Origin: Vicinamibacterales bacterium | GTDB lineage: Bacteria > Acidobacteriota > Vicinamibacteria > Vicinamibacterales > UBA2999 | DNA: 64,000 nt | Direction of reading: 5' to 3' | Assembly: GCA_050249615.1 (NCBI GenBank) | Contig: JBFWQE010000006.1 | Span: 4,539-68,538 of the forward strand | Part shown: one piece after another, positions 45,642 to 55,933 of the stretch | Position numbering within the stretch: position 1 is the first letter of the stretch | Layout of the letters: each line of letters begins with the position of its first letter | The notes under the pieces: model-generated | Databases searched by the model: none | What the model was told of the DNA's origin: nothing | Seen by the model: the letters and a program-made list of their open reading frames with translations, nothing else | Translations under genes and position numbers: made by a program

Positions 45642-47872
45642 CGGCCGGCCGCCGTCACCAGCACCTGCCCCGAGCTGACATTGTGGAGGGCGTCGCCGGC
45701 CCTCACCACCAGCGTCTGGCCGGCCGCCGCCGCCTCGAGGCGTATCTCGAACACCTCTCGGCGCGAGTCGAGGATACCGTCCCGTGGGAACGCCGTCTTC
45801 CAGCTCTGGGCATCCAGTGAGTACTCGACGCGTGTCAGGATCGAGTCAAGGTCCCTCACCTCGACGGGCACCACGAAGCGCCCCTCGGCGCGGGTCACGG
45901 TCCCGAACGCGATGCTCGGCGGGGTGTTGTCGATCTCGAAGCTGGCGCTCTCGAGCTCGCCCCTGAGCGCGAGCTCCGACGGGTTGGAACGGGCATCCGA
46001 GGCCACGACCTTGACAACGTAGCTGCCGTTGGGCGCCGAGGTGGTATCCCACACCGTCAGCGTCTCGGTGAGCCCGGCCTTCAGGGGCCGCCACGTGGTT
46101 TCGCCTTCGCGGCGGTAGAGCACATCGTAGGTGAGATCGTCGCCATTCTCGTCCTCGGCCTTCCAGGCCAGCGTCTGCAGCCCGCGCTGGTAGATGCGAC
46201 GGCCAAGGGCGGGCCCACCCGCCTGTCCCGATGGCGAGGCGCCCTGGTTCGAGAGCCGGCGCTCGAGTGGCTCCTCGTCGAAGCCGGCGATTTCGGCCTC
46301 GCCGGTGGAGAAGGGCTTCTGGAACGCCACGCCGGGCGGGTGCACCGTGATCGACTCCACCTTCGGGCGTACGTTGCGCTGCAGGTAGGCCGCGGAGACC
46401 GATGTGAGCAGCGGCGTCGCGGCGCCGCCAGTGAGCACCACGCGCCACTGCAGGTACCGCGCCTTCGGGCTCGTGATCGGCGAGCCTTCGGCGACCTGGT
46501 ACGGCCCCGACCAATCGCTCCACGCCTCGTCCGGTGTCTTCGTATTGCCCGATCGCGTGAACAGTTCGACCTTCGTCCCCTGGGGAGTCGTTGCCCGCCA
46601 CGAGAGGGCGCCCCACGAAGCCACCATGCGGGCGTCCTTCACCTCCGACTCATAGGTACCCCGCGTGGCACGGGTGTTCGACATGGCCACGAGGAGCCCC
46701 GGGTTCGCCGTGGTGAGCAGCGTGCGGTCTCCGGTGCGATGAAGCATGGTGGCCTGCTGCGCGGGCACGCGCGCCAGCAGCACCGGGCTGATGGGATCGC
46801 CCGCGAGCCGGAAGATCTTGCCCTTGCTGCCGGTCGCGACGAGCAGTGAGCCATCGGGCTCGACGCTGAGGTCGTACGGCGAATCGTCCTTCGCCTCCCA
46901 CAGCACGTCCCACAGGCCGTCAGCCTGGATGCGGTAGACGGCGCCGGCAGGTTGGCCGCCCGACTCGCGCGCGGGCGTGGCCTGCCCGGCTTGAGGCGTC
47001 ACGGGTACGTCGATGATCGCGAAGGACACGATGTCGGTGGAGACGCTGGGGACGGGCGTCGGCGCCGGTGGCGCCGGCGCGTCAGGGGCTTCCGCCCCGC
47101 CGCCTGACGGCCGGCCGTTCTGTGCCGCCGCATAGACGAGCCCCTGCCCGTCTACCTTGATGGCCCGCACCTCCTGGTACGGGGTGTCGAGGGCGAGGAA
47201 GCCCTTGCCCACGGTGTCCACCCGGAACACGCGTCCCGGGCTGCCCGTGCCGACGAGCAGCTGTCCCGATGCCTCGAACCGCAGGGTCATCGCATGCGTG
47301 GCCTTGGTGGCGAAGAACAGCTCGCCCTTCCCGTCGGGCGTGATGCGGTAGACGTTGCCCTTGTCGCCGGTGGCCGCGTAGAGCACGCCCTTCGCGTCGG
47401 TCGCCAGGGCCCAGATGTACTTGTCGTCGGGATCGAAGAGGGGCGTGGCGTCGCCCTTCGCGTCCACGCGGTACACGCGGCCGTCGGGCGAGGTGCCGAC
47501 GTAGAGGCCGCCCTCGGGCGCGGGCGCCAGGGCATGGACCTCGAGCTCAGGGCTGTCGTAGAACAGGGTGCCGGCGCCGGCGGCGGTCACCTTGAACACC
47601 TTGCCGTCGTTGCCCGTGCCGAGGAACGTGGTGCCATCCGGCAGCGCGGCCATGGCCCACACGACCGATACCGCGCCGTCGAACACGCGCTGCACCTCGG
47701 GCCCCAGCGCGAGGCGCCCGTGCTCGTCGATGGAGAGCTGGTCCACGTCGCCACGGAGGAAGTCGGCCTGCGTCGCCGCCTGCCAGACCCCCGGCGTGGC
47801 GAAGATCGCGGACGTACAAAGGAAGAGGGCGAGGCCGACGGCCAGCCCGCGAGGCGCGTGAGTGCGAGTCAT
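45638..47872 (-). CDS. Secreted beta-propeller repeat protein with C-terminal Fn3/Ig-like domains
   Basis: Starts MTRTHAPRG at 47872 (ATGA overlap with the upstream gene) with a signal/anchor. Repeated blades are visible (GTGNDGKVFKV, GTSPDGRVYRV, ATGDKGNVYRI, GTGSPGRVFRV, ATGSKGKIFRL). Confidence 0.75.
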   Translation of the reverse strand: MTRTHAPRGLAVGLALFLCTSAIFATPGVWQAATQADFLRGDVDQLSIDEHGRLALGPEVQRVFDGAVSVVWAMAALPDGTTFLGTGNDGKVFKVTAAGAGTLFYDSPELEVHALAPAPEGGLYVGTSPDGRVYRVDAKGDATPLFDPDDKYIWALATDAKGVLYAATGDKGNVYRITPDGKGELFFATKATHAMTLRFEASGQLLVGTGSPGRVFRVDTVGKGFLALDTPYQEVRAIKVDGQGLVYAAAQNGRPSGGGAEAPDAPAPPAPTPVPSVSTDIVSFAIIDVPVTPQAGQATPARESGGQPAGAVYRIQADGLWDVLWEAKDDSPYDLSVEPDGSLLVATGSKGKIFRLAGDPISPVLLARVPAQQATMLHRTGDRTLLTTANPGLLVAMSNTRATRGTYESEVKDARMVASWGALSWRATTPQGTKVELFTRSGNTKTPDEAWSDWSGPYQVAEGSPITSPKARYLQWRVVLTGGAATPLLTSVSAAYLQRNVRPKVESITVHPPGVAFQKPFSTGEAEIAGFDEEPLERRLSNQGASPSGQAGGPALGRRIYQRGLQTLAWKAEDENGDDLTYDVLYRREGETTWRPLKAGLTETLTVWDTTSAPNGSYVVKVVASDARSNPSELALRGELESASFEIDNTPPSIAFGTVTRAEGRFVVPVEVRDLDSILTRVEYSLDAQSWKTAFPRDGILDSRREVFEIRLEAAAAGQTLVVRAGDALHNVSSGQVLVTAAGR

Positions 47873-49710
47873 TCGGGTTGGTCGAGAGAGAGCGACAGCT
47901 GCCGCGAGCCGGTCACGGCGAGGTCGAGCGGCACTTCCCATTCACCGCGGAGCGCCGAGCGCATGGTCGAGACGCTGCCGGTGCTGCGATCCGATTCGAG
48001 GACGCCCAGCACGGAGGGCGGCAGGCCGCTCATCGGCTCGCCGCTGACGACGGCGCCAGGCTCGGAGGTCGACAGCCTCACGTAGAGCCGATTGCCGCGG
48101 CGGGATCGGTTGAACGTCCGGATGATCTGCGACGGGCGCTGCAACTCCGCGCCACGCACCTCGCGCCGGTCCTCTGCCGCCGCACGGGCGCCGTCCGCGA
48201 CGAGGAGCTGGACGGAGCCCGACGTGTTGGCGGGGAAGGCGATGGGCACCTGCTTGAGCATCTCCTCGCCCTTTGGCCCGCGCAGGGCTACCGAGAGCGT
48301 GGCGGTGCCGCCCGCACGCGGCCGCGTGGTGTCGAGCCACACGCGCTCGATGCGTGCCGTGCGCGCCTCCTCCGATGCGTCGATGGTGAGCGCGATGCGC
48401 TCCACGTCGATGGGCTCGGACGTGTTCCTGAGAAGCTGCGTGAGCGGGCCCGCGATGTAGGCGGCGGCCGTGCCCACCGGCTGGTCCCCGGTGAAGATGT
48501 CCTCGAAGTCCAGCTCGCCGTGCGCCCGGATGCTGGCGGTCCCGCGGATGGTGAACGAGGCCGGGCCGGTGGCCCGCTCGTACGCGGTGAGCACGTTGGC
48601 CACGGCCAGATACGCAAGCAGCGGCGTGAAGGTGGTGTCGCGAACCACGCCGAAGTTGAAGGTGCGCGCGCCCAGGCGATCGGAGTTGAGCGCCACTGTC
48701 ATGGGAATGAGCTCGGGCCCGGGCCCCAGCCTGCCAGCGATGGCCGTGGCCCGGTCCTGCTGCAGCGTGCCGATGACCCGCCCGAAGCTGGCGAGCTTGC
48801 TCGACTGCATCAAGCTGGGCAGCACCACGTGCACGTTCGCCGTGGTCATCGGGAACTCGGTCGGGCCGAGATTGTAGAGCGGGTGACCGAACGCATAGAC
48901 CCGGTCCCCCTCCACGTGGGTCACCGTGCCAGTGGCGCCAAGCTCGAAGTCGCCGGAGAGCAGCGACACGCCGACGGCGTCGCCGGGCGCGAGCGCGGCC
49001 CGCGCCGGCTCGCCAGCGGTGCTGGCGAGCGGTGGCGCCTGGCCGGCGACCGGCAGGAAGCCGCCCGCGCTGAACGCGCCGGCGAGCGGCTCGAGCACGC
49101 CCGGCTCCAGGCCGCTGGCCATCAGCGGAACCGCAATGGGCCGGAGCATTGCCCCCGGCATGACCGACAGGCCCGCCACGGGAGCCGCCCCCAGGTGGGC
49201 GAGCGGCCGAGACCGACCGAGGTCCCGCGCCCACACGTCGAACAGCTCTTCCGGCTTCGGCGGCCACGACAGCGCCACGGGGCGCGTGGCCGGCCCGGGC
49301 ACCCCCATCGTGGTGGCATCGGTCATCTCGGCAATCGGGGTGATGCCGGCAATGGGCTCCGTGGCGAACTGGCCCAGCGCGTACGACACGGCGCCGATGA
49401 GCCGGCCGTCTACGTACACCGGGCTGCCGCTCATCCCCGCGATGACGCCGGTCTTCGCCAGGGGGCCGCCTTCGAGGCGCGCCAGGATCAGGTCCCGGTT
49501 CGGCGCGATGACGTTCCGCAGCACCCCCAGGATGTGAACCTCGAAGTCCTCGAGCTTCGACCCCGAGAAGACCGTCCGGCCCGTGCCCACCATGCCCGGG
49601 CGGATTTCGTCGATGGGCATCAGGCGCGTCTGCGCTCCCGGGGCTCCGCCGAGGAGAAGGGCGATGGCGACTGCAAGGGCGACGACTGCCGACGAGCGGG
49701 GAGTGGTCAT
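47869..49710 (-). CDS. SpoIVB-like S55-family serine peptidase, secreted
   Basis: Starts MTTPRSS at 49710 with a signal/anchor. GMSGSPVYVDGRLIGAVSYA matches the SpoIVB catalytic-serine block (GMSGSPI..GK.IGAVTHV). Confidence 0.75.
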   Translation of the reverse strand: MTTPRSSAVVALAVAIALLLGGAPGAQTRLMPIDEIRPGMVGTGRTVFSGSKLEDFEVHILGVLRNVIAPNRDLILARLEGGPLAKTGVIAGMSGSPVYVDGRLIGAVSYALGQFATEPIAGITPIAEMTDATTMGVPGPATRPVALSWPPKPEELFDVWARDLGRSRPLAHLGAAPVAGLSVMPGAMLRPIAVPLMASGLEPGVLEPLAGAFSAGGFLPVAGQAPPLASTAGEPARAALAPGDAVGVSLLSGDFELGATGTVTHVEGDRVYAFGHPLYNLGPTEFPMTTANVHVVLPSLMQSSKLASFGRVIGTLQQDRATAIAGRLGPGPELIPMTVALNSDRLGARTFNFGVVRDTTFTPLLAYLAVANVLTAYERATGPASFTIRGTASIRAHGELDFEDIFTGDQPVGTAAAYIAGPLTQLLRNTSEPIDVERIALTIDASEEARTARIERVWLDTTRPRAGGTATLSVALRGPKGEEMLKQVPIAFPANTSGSVQLLVADGARAAAEDRREVRGAELQRPSQIIRTFNRSRRGNRLYVRLSTSEPGAVVSGEPMSGLPPSVLGVLESDRSTGSVSTMRSALRGEWEVPLDLAVTGSRQLSLSLDQPE

Positions 49711-49777
49711 GGGTGCCAGGCTGATACGGGTGTCCTTGTCCAATACTACGACGATGTGTTACCGTTTGGACGCTCGT

Positions 49778-49906
49778 ATGCGCTCTCGAGTCGTTGCCCC
49801 CGTGTCGCAGTTCCGGGCCGTCCAGCACGGCCTGCACGTCACGGGTGTGTTTGCGGCGTGGTGGTATTGGCATCCTCAACAGAAGAGGCAGCCTGGGCTC
49901 GCGTAG
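49778..49906 (+). CDS. Candidate leader peptide with WWYW regulatory codons (start uncertain: ATG 49754, ATG 49778 or GTG 49847)
   Basis: The ORF ends ...VFAAWWYWHPQQKRQPGLA with TAG at 49904-49906. TGG TGG TAT TGG lies at 49859-49870. It sits directly upstream of a terminator hairpin and the aromatic operon. Confidence 0.4.
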   Translation: MRSRVVAPVSQFRAVQHGLHVTGVFAAWWYWHPQQKRQPGLA

Positions 49907-49934
49907 TACCCCACCGACTCCCAAACGCTCGATC

Positions 49935-49976
49935 AAGCGCCTCTTCAGCCCCGGTTGAAGAGGCGCTTTTTGCTTT
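49935..49976 (+). terminator. Intrinsic-terminator-like hairpin (candidate attenuator) immediately upstream of the aroD/E start
   Basis: A perfect 13-bp stem AAGCGCCTCTTCA (49935-49947) / TGAAGAGGCGCTT (49955-49967) with a 7-nt loop, followed by TTTTGCTTT. GAAGAGGC at 49882-49889 can pair with the 5' arm instead. Confidence 0.55.
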
Positions 49977-51434
49977 ATGGCCCACACCCGACTGTGCGTG
50001 ACCGTGGCGGCCCGGACGATGGCCGACCTCCGAGCGCGGCGCGATGCCCTCGCCGGCGCCGACCTGGTGGAGCTCCGCCTCGACACGGTGGACCGTCCCG
50101 ACGTGGACGGGACCCTTGCCGGCCGGCGGGGGCCGGTCATTGTGACGTGCCGACCCGCTTGGGAAGGCGGCGCGTTCAGGGGCAGCGAAGAGGAGCGGCT
50201 CGGCCTGCTCGAGCGTGCGCTCGAGGCGGGGGCGGAGTTCGTGGACGTGGAAGCCCGGGCGCTCACGCCGGCCTTCGCGAACGGCGCCCATCGTGCCCGG
50301 CTCGTGGTCTCGCTGCACGACTTCGACGGCGTCCCCGGTGATCTCGACGCCCGTGTCGCGGCCATGAGCGCCACGGGGGCTGGCACGGTGAAGGTGGCCG
50401 TCATGGCGCAACGGCTCTCCGACTGCCTGCGGCTGCTCGACCTGGCGGAGCGGCGCGGCGCGCCCACCTCGGTCATCGCCATGGGAGAGGCGGGAATCGC
50501 CACGCGCGTGCTGGCGGCCCGGTTTGGTTCGTGCTGGACGTACGCGGCCGAGGATGCCGCCGTGGCCCCGGGCCAGCTGTCCGCCCGCCGCATGCACGAT
50601 GAGTTCGGCTTCTCCCGGGTGGGGGCCGATACGGCGTTGTACGGGGTACTGGGCAGGCCCGTATCGCACTCGGTGTCGCCGGCCATACACAACGCCGCGT
50701 TCCGCGCGCTCGGGCTCGACGCCGTCTACCTGCCGCTGGCGGCGGAGAGCTACGAGGATTTCGTCGCGTTCGCCGACGGCATGGACCTGCGGGGCGCGAG
50801 CGTGACGGCGCCGTTCAAGGTGGACGCGTTCAACCACGCCGGGACCCGTGACGAGCAGACCCGGCGCTCGCAGGCCATCAACACGCTGCGCCGGCGTGAC
50901 GGCCGGTGGGAGGGCCTCAACACCGACGCCGCGGGGTTCATGGCCCCTCTCACCCGGCAGGGGGGCGTGACGGGCGCGCGTGTGACGATCCTGGGCGCCG
51001 GCGGCGCGGCCCGGGCCGTCGCCGTGGCCCTGGGGGTGGCGGGCGCCAGCGTGACCCTCTGCGCGCGGCGGATCGAGCAGGCCGAGGCGGTGGCCCGGCT
51101 CACCGGGGCGCGCGTTGCGCCCTGGCCGCCGGTGCCGGGCTCGTGGGACATCCTGGTCAACGCCACGCCCGTCGGCACCCATCCCCGCGTGGACGAATCG
51201 CCGCTGCCGGCCGCCGCACTCGACGGCGGTCTCGTGTACGACCTCGTCTACAACCCGCCGCGCACGCGGCTGATGGCGGACGCCGCCGCCCGCGGGTGCC
51301 GCACCCTCGGCGGCCTCGACATGCTGGTGGCGCAGGCCCAGGCCCAGTGCGCCTGGTGGACCGGCGCTCATCCACCCGATCGCACGATGCGCGATGCCGC
51401 GCTCGCGCGCCTTCACGAGATCAACCACGTATGA
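49977..51434 (+). CDS. Bifunctional 3-dehydroquinate dehydratase (type I) / shikimate 5-dehydrogenase fusion
   Basis: The N-terminal half is AroD-like (LCVTV...DLVELRLD...VIVTCR...VVSLHDF, ending in VIAMGEAG). The C-terminal half is AroE-like (GVLGRPVSHSVSPAIHNAAF, SVTAPFK, NTDAAGF, ILGAGGAARAV). Confidence 0.88.
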   Translation: MAHTRLCVTVAARTMADLRARRDALAGADLVELRLDTVDRPDVDGTLAGRRGPVIVTCRPAWEGGAFRGSEEERLGLLERALEAGAEFVDVEARALTPAFANGAHRARLVVSLHDFDGVPGDLDARVAAMSATGAGTVKVAVMAQRLSDCLRLLDLAERRGAPTSVIAMGEAGIATRVLAARFGSCWTYAAEDAAVAPGQLSARRMHDEFGFSRVGADTALYGVLGRPVSHSVSPAIHNAAFRALGLDAVYLPLAAESYEDFVAFADGMDLRGASVTAPFKVDAFNHAGTRDEQTRRSQAINTLRRRDGRWEGLNTDAAGFMAPLTRQGGVTGARVTILGAGGAARAVAVALGVAGASVTLCARRIEQAEAVARLTGARVAPWPPVPGSWDILVNATPVGTHPRVDESPLPAAALDGGLVYDLVYNPPRTRLMADAAARGCRTLGGLDMLVAQAQAQCAWWTGAHPPDRTMRDAALARLHEINHV

Positions 51435-52903
51435 AGCTGACGTCGTTCGAAGAGTTCGTCGATCTGGCCAAGCGCGGCACCTTCGTGCCGGTCTGCAAGG
51501 AGATCGTGGCCGACCTGCTGACGCCCGTGTCCGCCTTCCTCAAGGTGGCCGAGCATTCCGACTACGCCTTCCTGCTCGAGAGCGTGGAGGGCGGCGAGCA
51601 CGTGGGGCGGTACTCGTTCCTGGGCAAGGATCCGTTCCTCATCCTCCGCGGGCGCGACAACCGGGCCACCATCGAACAGGCGGGCGCCCTGACGACGACC
51701 GACACGCCGTTCGTCGAGACGCTGCGCTCGCTGATGAACGGCTTCCAGTCGCCGTTCGTGCCGGGGCTGCCGCGCTTCACGGGCGGCGCCGTGGGCTACT
51801 TCGGCTATGACACGGCTGCCTGGTTCGAGCCCGCGGTGGGGCCCGCCGACGCTGGCCCGGCCGACACCGACCAGGCGGGGTTCATGCTGTTCGACACGGT
51901 GCTGGCCTTCGACCACGTCCAGCACCGCATCCTGCTCATCGCCAATGCGCGGATCACCGGGGACGAGGACCTGCGGGCGCTGTACCAGTTCGCGTGCACG
52001 AAGATCGAGTTCCTCGAACGCGAGCTCGAGCGCGCGCTGTCGCTCCCGCGGCGGGCCGACGCGGCGCCGCTCCGCTTCGAATCGAACGTGACGCAGGAGG
52101 CGTTCGAGGGCATGGTCCGCTCGGCCAAGGAGCACATCGCCGCCGGCGACATCTACCAGGTGGTGCTCTCGCAGCGCTTCGAGGCCGAGGTCGGCGTGGA
52201 CGGGTTCACCGTCTACCGGGCGCTCCGGCACGTGAACCCGTCGCCCTATATGTTCTTCATCCGCATGGGCGGCCGCTCGATCGTCGGATCCTCGCCGGAG
52301 ATGCTCGTGCGCGTGGAGGGGCGGCACGCCGTGACGCATCCCATCGCCGGGACGCGCCCGCGCGGCAGGTCCGAGGAGGAGGACCGCCGCCTGGCGGAGG
52401 AGCTGAAGCGCAACGAGAAGGAAAAGGCCGAGCACGTGATGCTCGTGGACCTCGGGCGCAACGACCTGGGGCGGGTGTGCGAGTACGGCACGGTGCGCGT
52501 GCCGACCTTCATGACGCTGGAGCGCTACTCGCACGTCATGCACCTCGTCTCGGTGGTGGAGGGCTCGCTGGCCGAGGACTCGGATCGGCTGGACGCGCTG
52601 GTGTCCTGCTTCCCGGCGGGCACGGTGTCGGGCGCCCCGAAGGTGCGCGCCATGCAGATCATCAACGCCCTCGAGCCGTCCCGGCGGGGCCTCTACGCCG
52701 GAGCGGTCGGCTATCTCGACTTCGCCGGCAACCTCGACTTCTGCATTGCCATCCGCACGGTGATCCTGGAAGACGGCCGCGCCCGCGTGCAGGCGGGGGC
52801 GGGCATCGTGGCCGACTCGAACCCGACGGCGGAGTACGAGGAGACCCGCGACAAGGCCCGCGCGATGATCCGCGCGCTCGAGCTGGCGCAGGCGGGGCTC
52901 TAG
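51431..52903 (+). CDS. trpE: Anthranilate synthase component I
   Basis: ATGA overlap with the upstream gene. Motifs are LESVEGGE, GDIYQVVLSQRF, HPIAGTRPRG and GAVGYLDFAGNLDFCIAIRT. Confidence 0.95.
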   Translation: MKLTSFEEFVDLAKRGTFVPVCKEIVADLLTPVSAFLKVAEHSDYAFLLESVEGGEHVGRYSFLGKDPFLILRGRDNRATIEQAGALTTTDTPFVETLRSLMNGFQSPFVPGLPRFTGGAVGYFGYDTAAWFEPAVGPADAGPADTDQAGFMLFDTVLAFDHVQHRILLIANARITGDEDLRALYQFACTKIEFLERELERALSLPRRADAAPLRFESNVTQEAFEGMVRSAKEHIAAGDIYQVVLSQRFEAEVGVDGFTVYRALRHVNPSPYMFFIRMGGRSIVGSSPEMLVRVEGRHAVTHPIAGTRPRGRSEEEDRRLAEELKRNEKEKAEHVMLVDLGRNDLGRVCEYGTVRVPTFMTLERYSHVMHLVSVVEGSLAEDSDRLDALVSCFPAGTVSGAPKVRAMQIINALEPSRRGLYAGAVGYLDFAGNLDFCIAIRTVILEDGRARVQAGAGIVADSNPTAEYEETRDKARAMIRALELAQAGL

Positions 52904-52914
52904 GAACCGACGCC

Positions 52915-53481
<567 letters not shown>

Positions 53482-53484
53482 ATC

Positions 53485-54513
53485 ATGTTCACCGACCTCA
53501 TCGAGCGGCTGCGGCGCCACGAGGACCTCACCGAGGCCCAGGCGTCGGCGGCGATGCACCTCATCATGCGGGGCGAGGCGGCGCCGGCGCAGATCGCCGG
53601 CTTCCTCGTCGGCCTCGCCATGAAGGGCGAGCGGCCGGCGGAGCTGGTGGGGCTGGCGTCCACGATGCGCGAGCACGCCGTCCCCCTGCCGCGGCCCGCC
53701 GGGCCGGTGTTCGACACTTGCGGCACCGGTGGCGATCGGTCGGGTACCTTCAACATCTCCACGGCGGCGGCTCTCGTGGTCGCGTCATGCGGCGTGCGCG
53801 TGGCCAAGCACGGCAACCGATCCGTGTCGAGCCTGTGTGGCGGCGCCGACGTGCTCCAGGCCCTTGGCGTGCACGTGCAGATGTCGCCCGCCGACGCCGC
53901 GCGCGCGCTGGATGATGCCGGCATCGCGTTCCTCTTCGCGCCCACGTTCCACCCGGCCATGCGCCACGCGGCCCAGGCCCGCCGCGATCTCGGCGTGCGG
54001 ACGGCGTTCAACCTGCTGGGCCCGCTGACCAACCCCGCCCGGCCCACCCGGCAGATCGTGGGCGTTCCCAGGCCGGAGCTCACCGAGTTACTGGCCCGCA
54101 CGCTGCTCGCCCTTGGCGCCGAGCGGGCATGGGTGGTGCACGGTGCGGACGGACTGGACGAGCTCTCCACGACCGGCCATACGAAGGTGTCGGAGGTCCG
54201 CGGTGGCGCGGTGCACACCTTCTATGTGCACCCGGCGGACTTCGGCTTGCCGAGAGCCGCCGCCGGCGCGCTGGCGGGCGGTGATGCGCAGGCCAACGCC
54301 GGCATCATCCGGCGCGTGTTCTCGGGCGAAGCCGGCCCTGCGCGCGACGTCGTGCTGCTGAACGCCGGCGCAGCGCTGATGGTGGCGGGCGGCGCGGATT
54401 CGGTGCGCGAGGGCATCGCACGGGCCGCGGCGGCCATCGATGCCGGCGACGCCGCTCGTACGCTCGAGCGCCTGGTTGCCGCCTCGCGCGAAGGGCAGGA
54501 GGGCGGCGCATGA
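53485..54513 (+). CDS. trpD: Anthranilate phosphoribosyltransferase
   Basis: Motifs are DTCGTGGD, KHGNRSVSS and LLGPLTNPA. Confidence 0.95.
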   Translation: MFTDLIERLRRHEDLTEAQASAAMHLIMRGEAAPAQIAGFLVGLAMKGERPAELVGLASTMREHAVPLPRPAGPVFDTCGTGGDRSGTFNISTAAALVVASCGVRVAKHGNRSVSSLCGGADVLQALGVHVQMSPADAARALDDAGIAFLFAPTFHPAMRHAAQARRDLGVRTAFNLLGPLTNPARPTRQIVGVPRPELTELLARTLLALGAERAWVVHGADGLDELSTTGHTKVSEVRGGAVHTFYVHPADFGLPRAAAGALAGGDAQANAGIIRRVFSGEAGPARDVVLLNAGAALMVAGGADSVREGIARAAAAIDAGDAARTLERLVAASREGQEGGA

Positions 54514-55316
54514 GCGGCGCGCCATCCGACCTGCTGCTGACCATCGTCGCGGCCACCCGCGTGCGCGTCGCCAACGCGCGGGCCATCGAGCCGGAGCCGG
54601 CCCTCGCCCGGCGCGCGCGGGAGGCAACTCCTCGGGCGCAGGTCTTTCGCGACGCGCTTCACGCCACGGGCCGCGTGAACGTCATCGCGGAGTGCAAGCG
54701 CAGGTCACCCTCGCGCGGCGTGCTCCGGGCGGCCTACGATCCCGTGGCCATCGCGGCCGGGTACGCCGCCGCGGGCGCCGCGGCCCTCTCCATCCTCACG
54801 GAGCCGATGTTCTTCGACGGCTCGCTCGACCACCTCGCCCGTGTCCGCCAGGCGGTCGACGTCCCCCTCCTGCGCAAGGACTTCATCGTCGAGCGCTACC
54901 AACTGCTCGAGGCGGCCGCAGCCGGTGCCGATGCCGTGCTGCTGATCGTGGCGGCCCTGACGGACGAGGAGCTGAGGGGGCTGGCGCGCGAGGCGGAGGC
55001 GCTCGGACTGGCCACGCTCGTCGAAGTGCACACCGAGGAAGAGCTCGACCGCGCGCTCGGCGCGGGTGCCACCGTTGTCGGCGTGAACAACCGCAACCTG
55101 CGGACGCTGGACGTGGACGTCCGCCTGTCGGAGCGCCTGGCGAGCCGGCTCCCGCCGTCGGTAACGGCCGTCAGCGAGAGCGGGCTCCGGTCCGCGGCCG
55201 ATATCGGACGCCTGACTGCGTTCGGCTATCGCGCGTTCCTGGTGGGCGAGCGGTTCATGGCGGCGCCCGATCCCGGCACCGCCCTGGCGGGCCTGCTGGC
55301 GGAGGTACGCTTGTGA
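54510..55316 (+). CDS. trpC: Indole-3-glycerol phosphate synthase
   Basis: Motifs are [26 protein letters not shown] and SESG. Confidence 0.95.
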   Translation: MSGAPSDLLLTIVAATRVRVANARAIEPEPALARRAREATPRAQVFRDALHATGRVNVIAECKRRSPSRGVLRAAYDPVAIAAGYAAAGAAALSILTEPMFFDGSLDHLARVRQAVDVPLLRKDFIVERYQLLEAAAAGADAVLLIVAALTDEELRGLAREAEALGLATLVEVHTEEELDRALGAGATVVGVNNRNLRTLDVDVRLSERLASRLPPSVTAVSESGLRSAADIGRLTAFGYRAFLVGERFMAAPDPGTALAGLLAEVRL

Positions 55317-55333
55317 GGATCGGAGGCACGCCC

Positions 55334-55933
55334 GTGAGGATCAAGGTGTGCGGCATCACGCGGGCCGCCGACGCGCACCGGGCGGCGGAGCTTGGCGTGG
55401 ACGCGCTGGGGTTCGTGCTGTGGCCCCGCAGCCCGCGCGCGATCGCGCTCGACAGGGCGCGCGCCATCGTCGCGAGCCTGCCGCCGTTCGTCACGCCGGT
55501 CGGCGTCTTCGTGGATCCCACGGCCGAGGAGGTCGCGCGCGCCCGCGACGCAGGGCTTCAGGTGGCGCAGGTGCACGGCGCGGCGCCAACAATGCCACCA
55601 GGGATGCCACTGCTCCAGGCCGTGCACCTGGCCGCCGATGGCGAGGGCATCGTGCCCCCCGTTCCGGCCAACAGCCCCGTCCTGGTGGATGCGTTCGACC
55701 CGGAGCGGCGCGGGGGAACCGGCCGCACCGTGGACTGGGCGCGAGTGGGGAGGATCGCGGCCGCGCGACCGGTGGTACTGGCGGGTGGACTCACCGCCGG
55801 GAACGTGGCCACGGCCATCCGCGAGGCGCGTCCGTACGGCGTGGACGTGTCCTCCGGCGTGGAGCAGGCCCCGGGCGTGAAGGATCACGACAAGCTGGCG
55901 GCCTTCGTGGCCGCCGTGAGAGCAGAGGCATGA
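55334..55933 (+). CDS. trpF: Phosphoribosylanthranilate isomerase
   Basis: Motifs are IKVCGIT, LDAF, GGTG and LAGGL. GTG 55334 has GGAGG 8 nt upstream. An upstream in-frame GTG at 55313 lies in a short direct duplication of GTGAGGATC. Confidence 0.9.
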   Translation: MRIKVCGITRAADAHRAAELGVDALGFVLWPRSPRAIALDRARAIVASLPPFVTPVGVFVDPTAEEVARARDAGLQVAQVHGAAPTMPPGMPLLQAVHLAADGEGIVPPVPANSPVLVDAFDPERRGGTGRTVDWARVGRIAAARPVVLAGGLTAGNVATAIREARPYGVDVSSGVEQAPGVKDHDKLAAFVAAVRAEA

